27,088 nucleotides of DNA from a virus (IMGVR_UViG_3300005611_000167:1-27088), one strand, 5' to 3'. Counted from the stretch's first letter, positions 18,329 to 25,826 are shown. Made by a program: numbers and translations. Notes: a model not told the origin generated them from the letters alone.

Positions 18329-18548
18329 CGTTTGGACTATTGACAACCTTTGTTGTCTCGTGCTATTCGCGTGTGCGCGTGTGTATAAAAGGCCACATGA
18401 ATTTATCCCTTGACATCTTGTGTCGTCTGTGGTTGGGGTGTAGCCATAGTGTAGCCAGAGGGTCCAACACTGGCACACACACTCTGTCAACGTGAATATT
18501 ACACTTGATTACGTGTGTCATCTGTGGTTGCGGCCTTAGGTTTACCCC

Positions 18549-18566
18549 ATGCAAAACCCGTGCCAA
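18549..18566 (-). promoter_or_regulatory. sigma-54 (-24/-12) site
   Basis: Minus strand TTGGCACGGGTTTTGCAT matches YTGGCACG-N4-TTGCW. Confidence 0.75.
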
Positions 18567-18584
18567 CTTTGGGGGCCTCTCGTG

Positions 18585-18602
18585 TTGGCATGAGTTGTGC
18601 TA
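18585..18602 (+). promoter_or_regulatory. sigma-54 (-24/-12) site
   Basis: TTGGCATGAGTTGTGCTA, GG-N10-GC spacing kept. Confidence 0.6.
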
Positions 18603-18620
18603 TAGCAAGACCCGTGCCAA
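18603..18620 (-). promoter_or_regulatory. sigma-54 (-24/-12) site
   Basis: Minus strand TTGGCACGGGTCTTGCTA; 18605-18624 matches 18551-18570 at 19 of 20 bases. Confidence 0.75.
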
Positions 18621-18651
18621 CTTTAGCAGCTCGCCTTTGGTACTATTACCG

Positions 18652-18681
18652 TTGACACGCGAGTTGGTCTTGTGTTATCAT
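18652..18681 (+). promoter_or_regulatory. putative sigma-70 promoter
   Basis: TTGACA-18 bp-TATCAT with extended -10 TG. Confidence 0.6.
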
Positions 18682-18909
18682 GGGGTGGGCCTTGTGTTGA
18701 CACCGGGGAGGGGGTTGACTTGTGTTTACTTTTGTAGTAGCCACCTCTGTTCACAAGAGGGTCAATTTAGGCTAAAAACTAGAAAAAAGAACATAATTTA
18801 TACACTAGCTAACCACTTGTTTTACCTCGTGTTTCCACAGGGGCGGGACTATAGTCATAAATATGGGTGTCTTTAGTACTATTTGTGATAAATTAACACT
18901 AAATAATGC

Positions 18910-18938
18910 TTGACTTTTGAGTAAAATTATGGTATAAT
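18910..18938 (+). promoter_or_regulatory. strong sigma-70 promoter for packaging/structural operon
   Basis: TTGACT-17 bp-TATAAT with extended -10 TG and AT-rich upstream DNA. Confidence 0.85.
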
Positions 18939-18950
18939 AATAAGCAGATA

Positions 18951-19055
18951 CTAGGTTGTATTTAGTACAGCAGATGTAGGGCTAAGTTTGAATGTTGAAT
19001 AGTTCGTATAGATCCCCTCTTCTGTTGCAACCTAGGCAGGGGACTCATGCGAACT
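18951..19055 (+). ncRNA. candidate structured 5' leader RNA of terS
   Basis: Stems 19001-19009/19047-19055 and 19013-19018/19038-19043; loop bases 19021-19035 complementary to 18968-18974 and 18951-18958. Confidence 0.45.
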
Positions 19056-19081
19056 CACGTTAAACACAAGGATACTGGATA

Positions 19082-19489
19082 ATGTCTGAAGAGACACCCA
19101 AAAAAAGAGGCAGAGGAAGGCCACGTAAGGGTGAAATTGTAGAAAAGACTGCAGGGAACCGTGGCAAAGTAGGTAGACCCAAGGGTGATGCCTCTATCAT
19201 TAACGAGTACAAGGCTAGAATGTTAGCCTCTCCTAAGTCAGAACTAGTACTACAAACGATATTTGACGCTGCAACTAACGATGACCACAAGAATCAGGCG
19301 GCGGCTTGGAAGCTAATCATGGATCGTATCCTCCCTGTGGGCGCATTTGAGAAGGACGTAATCAAAGATGCAGGACGAAACGCGATACAGATTAATATCA
19401 CTGGGGTGGGAAGCACGACAATTAGTGAGAGCGTTGAATCAGGAGAAGAAATTGATGGAGAAGCAGTTGATGTCACGGGACAAGTTTGA
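19082..19489 (+). CDS. terS: terminase small subunit (putative)
   Basis: AT-hook-like KKRGRGRPRK and GRPKG, helical core AAWKLIMDR, IQINITG tail; first gene of packaging operon. Confidence 0.7.
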   Translation: MSEETPKKRGRGRPRKGEIVEKTAGNRGKVGRPKGDASIINEYKARMLASPKSELVLQTIFDAATNDDHKNQAAAWKLIMDRILPVGAFEKDVIKDAGRNAIQINITGVGSTTISESVESGEEIDGEAVDVTGQV

Positions 19490-19760
19490 CGAAGTACTAG
19501 AAGAGGCCCTAGGATACGTCACAAGGGTAGGAGATGCCACTAGTCAACTAGTAAACGTAGCTATCCTATGGGGTGACAACGCTAATGAGTCCGTCTCAGG
19601 GCGATCACACAGGCTCAAGGACACTCACAAGGCTTGGGGATGGCTAAATGCCTCCATTGACTACGTATTTGATGAGGATCACTGTGAACGTGCGTACCTC
19701 AACGACGTAGCTAGGGCAGAGAAGACGGTACAAGAAGCAAAACCTAAGAAAAAGAAGTGA
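19470..19760 (+). CDS. conserved phage hypothetical protein
   Basis: MSRDKF..., GGAG SD; NESVSGRS...ID..F..DHC..AY pattern. Confidence 0.65.
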   Translation: MSRDKFDEVLEEALGYVTRVGDATSQLVNVAILWGDNANESVSGRSHRLKDTHKAWGWLNASIDYVFDEDHCERAYLNDVARAEKTVQEAKPKKKK

Positions 19761-20098
19761 AATACTTTAGTACTTCTGAGTTTGACTGTCAACATACAGG
19801 TGAGAACCGTATGGAGCCTGAGTTTTTACTCAAGTTAGACGCACTCAGGGAAGCCTGCGGGTTTCCTTTTGTTATCACCAGCGGCTACAGAAGCCCTGAC
19901 CACCCGATAGAGGCTGTAAAAGAGATACCGGGAACACACGCGCAAGGCATAGCAGCAGACATAAAAATAACTAACTCTGCTCAACGGTATACGATAATAA
20001 GAGAAGCCTTAGCACACGGCTTTACTGGTCTAGGGGTCGCTGGTGACTTTATTCACGTAGATACACGGGGCACAGTCCCTGTAATCTGGACTTACTAA
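19757..20098 (+). CDS. endolysin, peptidase M15A family
   Basis: ITSGYR, H..GIAADI, FIHVD zinc-peptidase motifs. Confidence 0.88.
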   Translation: MKYFSTSEFDCQHTGENRMEPEFLLKLDALREACGFPFVITSGYRSPDHPIEAVKEIPGTHAQGIAADIKITNSAQRYTIIREALAHGFTGLGVAGDFIHVDTRGTVPVIWTY

Positions 20099-20100
20099 CT

Positions 20101-20451
20101 ATGTTGTACACAAGAAATACTAATGTTACAACCACAGATGTAGCCACTATGGTTACTGTTCCTAGTGGTTACGTAGCGCACTGGAACATGCTCTTTGTTA
20201 GTAACTTAGGTGGCTCTACTAACGGTGCTGGAATCTACGTAGACAAAGCTGACGGAACCCGTGTAGATATTTTAGGCGGTGGTAACGTATCAGCTAAAGA
20301 CTTTTTGTTAATTGACGGTAACGCAGTGTTTGTTCTTCAAGCCGGTGACGCTATTAAGGCGTACACTACATCGGCAGGAGACATGGAGTTTGTTGTAACA
20401 TTTGACTTGCTAGAGCAGCCCGCAATCTTTGTAAACTTTAACGGAAGCTAA
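20101..20451 (+). CDS. beta-rich hypothetical protein, possibly virion-associated
   Basis: 116 aa with alternating beta pattern and VLQAGD.I; late operon. Confidence 0.6.
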   Translation: MLYTRNTNVTTTDVATMVTVPSGYVAHWNMLFVSNLGGSTNGAGIYVDKADGTRVDILGGGNVSAKDFLLIDGNAVFVLQAGDAIKAYTTSAGDMEFVVTFDLLEQPAIFVNFNGS

Positions 20452-20452
20452 C

Positions 20453-20695
20453 GTGATTACTATCGTAGGGGCAGACTGGTGCCCTGCTTGTAAAAGAGCA
20501 AAGAAAACAGCAAAAGAGTACGGACTAGAGTACAAGTACGTTCACATTCCTCCGGGTCAACCGGGGTGGGACATGGTAGAATCTTTGACAGGTAAAAGGA
20601 GTATTCCTCAGATATTCTACCACTTTGGCGGTTCAAACGAGTTTAACGAAGCCCTAAATAGTATAGGAGAACTTTCTAGTGAAAAACCTCAATGA
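20453..20695 (+). CDS. glutaredoxin
   Basis: WCPAC active site, SIPQIF cis-Pro motif, GG. Confidence 0.85.
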   Translation: MITIVGADWCPACKRAKKTAKEYGLEYKYVHIPPGQPGWDMVESLTGKRSIPQIFYHFGGSNEFNEALNSIGELSSEKPQ

Positions 20696-21377
20696 GATGT
20701 TTGTAGCCCTTTTGTTTGTAGTGTTAGCCTCGCTTGCTACACTAGCGGTAGCCGAAGAAAACAGAGTCACAACTATTGAGTACGAAAACGGAGATGTGTA
20801 CACTGTACCAGAAAACGAAAACGTGTTCGTATCTACTGAAGATAATTTGTTTGTGTACAAGTCTTACCCAAAAGCAGTTCATTTTAAAAAGCAGTGGCCT
20901 ACAGACAAAGTAGATAAGCCTATAGCCACGCCTAATCCCAATCCTGTAGGAACACACGAGTGGTGTAAAGCTCATGTGCCGTACGAAACTGGATATTCCT
21001 TTAGTGACCAAACTTGGGAGCGACACTGCGACACCAACAATGACAGAGAATACAGTTGCGGTGACGAAACATTCGATGCGTCTGACGAAGGTGCTTCTTG
21101 CTCAACCACTACTAACACTACAAGCTCCACAAGCTCCACAAGCTCTACAGGGTCCACAGGCAGCTTTACAGACGTTGATGAGTACGGATTCTCTCAAGCC
21201 TGTGCAGACTTTGACACTTCAGTGGGCTTTACGTTTGGTTATATAAACTGGCAACAACAGTGTGACACCAACAACGACGGTGAGTACAACATCTGTGACT
21301 ACTACGAGCCGACAGGTGGTGCTACCTTTGCAGACATTCAGTACAACAAGCAGTGTTCAAGTAGTGATGGATCTTAA
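20679..21377 (+). CDS. secreted Cys-rich repeat protein
   Basis: GTG after AGGAGA; signal peptide ending AVA; three Cys-bounded repeats, two DTNND.EY loops, Ser/Thr linker. Confidence 0.75.
   Translation: MKNLNEMFVALLFVVLASLATLAVAEENRVTTIEYENGDVYTVPENENVFVSTEDNLFVYKSYPKAVHFKKQWPTDKVDKPIATPNPNPVGTHEWCKAHVPYETGYSFSDQTWERHCDTNNDREYSCGDETFDASDEGASCSTTTNTTSSTSSTSSTGSTGSFTDVDEYGFSQACADFDTSVGFTFGYINWQQQCDTNNDGEYNICDYYEPTGGATFADIQYNKQCSSSDGS
21120..21155. repeat. 9-bp tandem repeat encoding Thr-Ser-Ser linker
   Basis: acaagctcc acaagctcc acaagctct acagggtcc. Confidence 0.8.
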
Positions 21378-22614
21378 TGTCCAGTTACTACCGTGGCAGC
21401 AGGAAGTCTACTCTGATCCTACACGTTTCAAGGTAGTCGCTGCAGGAAGACGGACAGGGAAGTCCAGACTCGCAGCGTGGATGTTAATCATCAATGCGCT
21501 GCAGGCCGACAAAGGCCACGTTTTTTACGTTGCGCCCACTCAGGGTCAGGCCAGAGATATTATGTGGCAGACCCTTTTGGAGCTAGGACACCCTGTGATA
21601 GCAGGTAGCCACATTAACAACCTGCAGATCAAGCTGGTCAACGGGGCCACGATTAGTCTCAAAGGAGCCGATAGGCCAGAGACAATGCGTGGTGTGTCCT
21701 TGAAGTTTCTTGTGATGGACGAGTACGCAGACATGAAGCCTGACGTATGGGAGCAGATTCTCCGTCCAGCACTGGCTGACCAAAAAGGCGCGGCTATGTT
21801 CATAGGTACGCCTATGGGCAGAAACCACTTTTACGAGCTGTATAAAATTGCGGAGCTAGGAGACGATGAAACTTATCGGGGCTGGCACTTTACCAGTTAT
21901 GACAACCCACTCCTCGACCCTCACGAAATTGACACAGCAAAGAAGTCAATGTCGTCCTACGCCTTTAGACAAGAGTTCATGGCCTCATTTGAAGCAAGAG
22001 GCTCCGAAATGTTTAAAGAAGACTGGGTACAGTACGGAGAAGAGCCAGAAGTAGGGGATTACTATATTGCTGTGGATTTGGCTGGCTTTGAAGAAGTAAA
22101 CAAGAAGCGAACAAAGAATACAAAGTTGGATGAAACGGCAATTGCTGTTGTTAAAGTTAGTCCTGATGGTTGGTACGTTGATAACATTATACATGGGCGG
22201 TGGAGCCTTGACGAAACTGCCACCAAGATATTTCAGGCCGTTAGAGACTACAGACCCGTCAGTGTTGGTATTGAAAGGGGAATTGCCAAGCAAGCGGTAA
22301 TGAGCCCGCTAACAGACTTGCAAAAGCGGTATGGCACGTTTTTCCGTGTCGAAGAGTTAACTCACGGAAACAAAAAGAAGACTGACAGAGTTATGTGGGC
22401 GCTGCAGGGGCGTTTTGAAAACGGCTACGTAGCAATAAACAAAGGTGAGTGGAACAACAGATTCTTAGACCAGTTGTTTCAGTTTCCAGATCCACTAACC
22501 CACGATGACTTGGTTGACGCACTGGCGTATATCGACCAATTAGCGCAAGTGGCGTACCACTACGACTACGAAATTGAAGATCACGAAATACTAGATGTAG
22601 TGGCAGGATACTAA
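21367..22614 (+). CDS. terL: terminase large subunit
   Basis: AAGRRTGKS Walker A, VMDE Walker B, GTP.G.N, nuclease AVDLAG and HDDLVDAL; start moved to ATG 21367. Confidence 0.95.
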   Translation: MDLNVQLLPWQQEVYSDPTRFKVVAAGRRTGKSRLAAWMLIINALQADKGHVFYVAPTQGQARDIMWQTLLELGHPVIAGSHINNLQIKLVNGATISLKGADRPETMRGVSLKFLVMDEYADMKPDVWEQILRPALADQKGAAMFIGTPMGRNHFYELYKIAELGDDETYRGWHFTSYDNPLLDPHEIDTAKKSMSSYAFRQEFMASFEARGSEMFKEDWVQYGEEPEVGDYYIAVDLAGFEEVNKKRTKNTKLDETAIAVVKVSPDGWYVDNIIHGRWSLDETATKIFQAVRDYRPVSVGIERGIAKQAVMSPLTDLQKRYGTFFRVEELTHGNKKKTDRVMWALQGRFENGYVAINKGEWNNRFLDQLFQFPDPLTHDDLVDALAYIDQLAQVAYHYDYEIEDHEILDVVAGY

Positions 22615-22615
22615 A

Positions 22616-22714
22616 TTGAGAAAAGAAGTTTTTAGAAAATTTAATACTTATGGTATATATGCAATTTCCGTTGCAGTATTTTTTACGCTTGGATATAGCA
22701 TAGCAATTATTTAA
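22616..22714 (+). CDS. putative single-pass membrane peptide (32 aa), missing from ORF track
   Basis: TTG after AGGA; MRKEVFRKFNTYGIYAISVAVFFTLGYSIAII fills the terL-portal gap. Confidence 0.45.
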   Translation: MRKEVFRKFNTYGIYAISVAVFFTLGYSIAII

Positions 22715-22724
22715 GGCTGACATT

Positions 22725-24749
22725 ATGGCAGACGATATTTATAGCCCAGATTCTTTAATGATGGAAGAGTCCTTAGAGGATTGGGTAATGACCAAGTGTG
22801 AAAACTGGCGGGATTACTACGAGTCTAATTACGAGGCTAAGTTTGAGGAATACTATCGGTTATGGCGAGGTCAATGGGATCCTGCTGACTCTGAGCGAGC
22901 GTCTGAGCGTTCTAGAATTATCTCTCCTGCGCTTCAGCAGGCTGTAGAGTCTAACGTAGCAGAGCTAGAAGAGGCTACCTTTGGTCGAGGCAAGTGGTTT
23001 GATATTGCTGATGACTTTGCGGATTCGCAAAAGCAAGAGGCGCTTTATCTTAGGAAGAAACTTTCAGAAGATTTTGAGTCATGCAAGGTGCGTAAAGCAG
23101 TTGCAGAGTGTTTGATTAACTCTGCTGTTTTTGGCACGGGCATTGGTGAAATAACGCTAGAAGAAATAAAAGAAATGGCCCCTGCTACAGAGCCCGTAAT
23201 GAATGGGGACTTGCAGGCTGTTGGCGTTAATATCACAGATCGAATTATGGTAAAGCTAAAGCCAGTTTTGCCGCAAAACTTTTTGATTGACCCTGTGGCG
23301 ACTTCAGTTGATGACGCTATGGGCGTTGCTATTGATGAGTTTGTTTCTAAGCACAGCGTTGAAATCCTGCAAGAGCAAGGCGTATATCGCGATTCTTATG
23401 TAGGCTCTGCTGCTCCCGATACAGATTTGGAGCCCGATCAAGACTTAACAATTTACAACGACGATAAGGTTCGGCTAACCAAATACTATGGATTAGTTCC
23501 TACTGACCTTCTAAAAGAAGAGGGCGTTGATGTAGAAGAAGACACAATGTACACCGAAGCAATTGTTGTTATTGCAAACGGCGGCGTGTTGCTTAAGGCA
23601 AGCGCGAACCCATACATGATGGGAGATCGTCCAGTTGTGGCATTTCCTTGGGATGTGGTGCCAGGACGGTTTTGGGGCCGTGGTGTTTGCGAGAAGGGCT
23701 ATAACAGCCAGAAGGCTTTAGACACTGAGCTTCGAGCGCGCATTGATGCGTTGAGTTTAACAATCCATCCTATGATGGCTATTGACGCGACACGTTTACC
23801 GCGAGGCGCTAAGCCCGAAGTTAGACCGGGCAAAATGATTCTTACCAACGGAGATCCCCGTGAGGTATTGCAGCCATTTAACTTTGGTCAAGTTAATCAA
23901 ATTACGTTTGGGCAGGCGTCTGCTTTACAGCAGATGGTTCAACAGGCTACAGGGGCGGTTGACTCAGCAGGCATTGCTGGGCAGGTTAATGGCGAGGCTA
24001 CTGCTGCTGGGATCAGCATGTCTCTCGGCGCTATTATTAAACGCCATAAGCGCACTTTGATTAATTTTCAGCAATCATTTTTGCTGCCGTTTGTAACAAA
24101 GGCAGCGCACAGGTATATGCAGTTTGACCCTGAGAACTACCCCGTGGCTGACTATAAGTTTAACGCTACGTCTACTTTGGGCATTATTGCCCGTGAGTAC
24201 GAGGTAACTCAGCTGGTTCAGCTACTACAGACTATGAAGCAAGACAGCCCGCTATATCCTGTGCTAATCCAAAGTATTATCGACAACATGAATCTGTCGA
24301 ATCGCGAAGAGCTTATTGGCGCAATGCAACAAGCATCACAGCCTAATCCCCAAGCGCAGCAGATGGCGCAAATGGCACAACAGTCTCAGCTGGAGTTCCA
24401 GCAGAGTCAGACTGCGGCGTTACAGGCTCAGGCTGCCGAATCTCAGGCTAGAGCGCAGAAGTACGCTATTGAGACTCAGTTGGCTCCAGAAGAGCTGCAA
24501 ATTGAAAAGATCAATGCAATTACCCGCAATCTCCAAGCTGGAGACGAGGAAGATAAAGAGTTTGAGCGTAGGCTCAAGGTAGCAGATGCCCTTTTAAAAG
24601 AGAAAGCTATAGAAGGAAAACGTCCCAATGCTAATGACACAAACAGAAATGAACCAGTTTCTACACCAAATCAACCAAGCGTTCAAAGACCAGTTCGACA
24701 GATTGGACTTGCTGGAGAACAAGGTCAAGGATTTGGAGGCCAAACTTAA
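22725..24749 (+). CDS. portal protein
   Basis: 674 aa after TerL; FGTGI, FWGRG, TAAGIS segments and Gln-rich C-terminal coiled coil typical of podovirus portals. Confidence 0.88.
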   Translation: MADDIYSPDSLMMEESLEDWVMTKCENWRDYYESNYEAKFEEYYRLWRGQWDPADSERASERSRIISPALQQAVESNVAELEEATFGRGKWFDIADDFADSQKQEALYLRKKLSEDFESCKVRKAVAECLINSAVFGTGIGEITLEEIKEMAPATEPVMNGDLQAVGVNITDRIMVKLKPVLPQNFLIDPVATSVDDAMGVAIDEFVSKHSVEILQEQGVYRDSYVGSAAPDTDLEPDQDLTIYNDDKVRLTKYYGLVPTDLLKEEGVDVEEDTMYTEAIVVIANGGVLLKASANPYMMGDRPVVAFPWDVVPGRFWGRGVCEKGYNSQKALDTELRARIDALSLTIHPMMAIDATRLPRGAKPEVRPGKMILTNGDPREVLQPFNFGQVNQITFGQASALQQMVQQATGAVDSAGIAGQVNGEATAAGISMSLGAIIKRHKRTLINFQQSFLLPFVTKAAHRYMQFDPENYPVADYKFNATSTLGIIAREYEVTQLVQLLQTMKQDSPLYPVLIQSIIDNMNLSNREELIGAMQQASQPNPQAQQMAQMAQQSQLEFQQSQTAALQAQAAESQARAQKYAIETQLAPEELQIEKINAITRNLQAGDEEDKEFERRLKVADALLKEKAIEGKRPNANDTNRNEPVSTPNQPSVQRPVRQIGLAGEQGQGFGGQT

Positions 24750-24834
24750 TGAGCAAGAAAAAAGACCCAAAGCTAGCGCGGGCAGGCGTAAGCGGATACA
24801 ACAAGCCGAAGAGAACGCCGAGTCATCCGACTAA
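24628..24834 (+). CDS. coiled-coil protein overprinted on portal 3' end and next gene
   Basis: AAGGA SD; heptad LDLLENKVKDLEAKL. Confidence 0.6.
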   Translation: MLMTQTEMNQFLHQINQAFKDQFDRLDLLENKVKDLEAKLNEQEKRPKASAGRRKRIQQAEENAESSD

Positions 24835-25015
24835 AAAGTTTGTTGTTGTTGCCAAGGAAGGCGATAAGACCAAGACGATTCGCTTTGGTGATGCTAAAAT
24901 GAAGATAAAGAAAGACCAGCCTGCTAGAAGAAAGTCTTTTAGGGCTAGGCACAAGTGCGATACTGATAAGCCAAGCAAACTTACAGCAAGATATTGGTCT
25001 TGCAAAAACTGGTAA
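24749..25015 (+). CDS. small basic protein, DUF5754-like
   Basis: KTIRFG, RKSFRARHKC, ARYWSC motifs; TAATG coupling to portal. Confidence 0.7.
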   Translation: MSKKKDPKLARAGVSGYNKPKRTPSHPTKKFVVVAKEGDKTKTIRFGDAKMKIKKDQPARRKSFRARHKCDTDKPSKLTARYWSCKNW

Positions 25016-25025
25016 GGAGATAGCT

Positions 25026-25121
25026 ATGCCACAGGGACCTGGAACATACGGAACCAGAGTTGGAAGGCCACCAAAAAAGAAAAAAGCCAAGCCTAAAAAA
25101 AAGAAAAATAAAGGCATGTAA
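25026..25121 (+). CDS. Lys-rich peptide (31 aa), missing from ORF track
   Basis: AAGGAG SD; MPQGPGTYGTRVGRPPKKKKAKPKKKKNKGM. Confidence 0.7.
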   Translation: MPQGPGTYGTRVGRPPKKKKAKPKKKKNKGM

Positions 25122-25123
25122 TA

Positions 25124-25282
25124 GTGCCTGCCAAAAAGAAGAAGGCAAATGATGCGTGCGCGAAAAAGGTCAAAGCCCGTTACAAGGTTTGGCCTTCTGC
25201 GTATGCGTCTGGCGCTGTAGCTAAGTGTCGTAAGGTAGGCGCTAAAAATTGGGGCAACAAACGTGGCCGTAAGAAAAAGTAA
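25124..25282 (+). CDS. small basic protein (52 aa), DUF5872 N-part-like, missing from ORF track
   Basis: GTG start; MPAKKKKANDACAKKVKARYKVWPSAYASGAVAKCRKVGAKNWGNKRGRKKK. Confidence 0.7.
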   Translation: MPAKKKKANDACAKKVKARYKVWPSAYASGAVAKCRKVGAKNWGNKRGRKKK

Positions 25283-25529
25283 AAAAGGCGCTGCACTTAA
25301 GAAATGGTTTAAGGAAGAGTGGGTTGATGTAAAGACCGGAAAGCCTTGCGGCAGAAAGTCTGCAACAAAATCTAAACGCCCTTATCCATCTTGCAGGCCA
25401 AAAAAGGTTGCAGCTAAGATGACAGCAGCTGAAAAACGGAGTTCTGCATCTCGCAAAACTGGCCCCGCTAGAATTAAACATGCAGTAACAGCGTCCGGAA
25501 GAAGACGTAAGAATACAAAAAAGAGTTGA
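25263..25529 (+). CDS. small basic protein, DUF5872 C-part-like
   Basis: LKKWFKEEWVDV, PCGR, YPSCRP motifs; K/R-rich. Confidence 0.7.
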   Translation: MAVRKSKKGAALKKWFKEEWVDVKTGKPCGRKSATKSKRPYPSCRPKKVAAKMTAAEKRSSASRKTGPARIKHAVTASGRRRKNTKKS

Positions 25530-25577
25530 CAAACCCCCTCTATAGATTTATTTATTATAAGCGGAAAAGGTTTTTAT

Positions 25578-25826
25578 ATGGATTCTGAAACTCAACAGTA
25601 CTACGACAATTACTTTAATCTTTTTCAAACTGATGGTTGGAAACAGCTAATGCAGGATTTTGGCAACAACGCTGTAAATATAAATAGCATTGAAGCCGTT
25701 AAAGATGCTGACGATATGTTTTTTCGCAAGGGACAACTAAATGTATTAGCCCACTTGATTAACATGGAAACTATCGTACAGAACAATTACGACGAGGCAT
25801 CCAAGCCTGCAGACGAAGATGATTAA
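25578..25826 (+). CDS. conserved hypothetical head-region protein
   Basis: 82 aa, F..DGWKQL...FFRKGQL; AAGG SD. Confidence 0.7.
   Translation: MDSETQQYYDNYFNLFQTDGWKQLMQDFGNNAVNINSIEAVKDADDMFFRKGQLNVLAHLINMETIVQNNYDEASKPADEDD

Noticed and set aside
18551-18624. Mini-CRISPR array (20-bp repeat, 34-bp spacer)
   Set aside because: Only two copies, too short, and explained by the -24/-12 consensus. The Cas4-like nuclease is a common standalone phage exonuclease.
18363-18876. ORFs 18363-18566 (-) and 18505-18876 (+)
   Set aside because: No good SD, odd composition; the repeated KTRANF peptide is just the sigma-54 direct repeat translated.
18225-19081. tRNA gene in the non-coding block
   Set aside because: No cloverleaf with T-loop and acceptor stem found by eye.
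21262-21366. N-terminal Thr-rich extension of TerL
   Set aside because: Off-frame reading of the upstream Cys-repeat gene; ATG 21367 gives a normal TerL start.
25263-25290. Programmed frameshift fusing the 52-aa and 88-aa basic proteins at AAG AAA AAG TAA
   Set aside because: Fusion needs +1, whereas the run resembles a -1 site, and the -1 frame closes after about 20 codons. The downstream ORF has its own GTG.
25526-25558. Internal sigma-70 promoter before the head genes
   Set aside because: TTGACA is perfect, but the 17-bp-spaced hexamer is TATTTA and TATTAT lies 21 bp away; possible but not supported enough.
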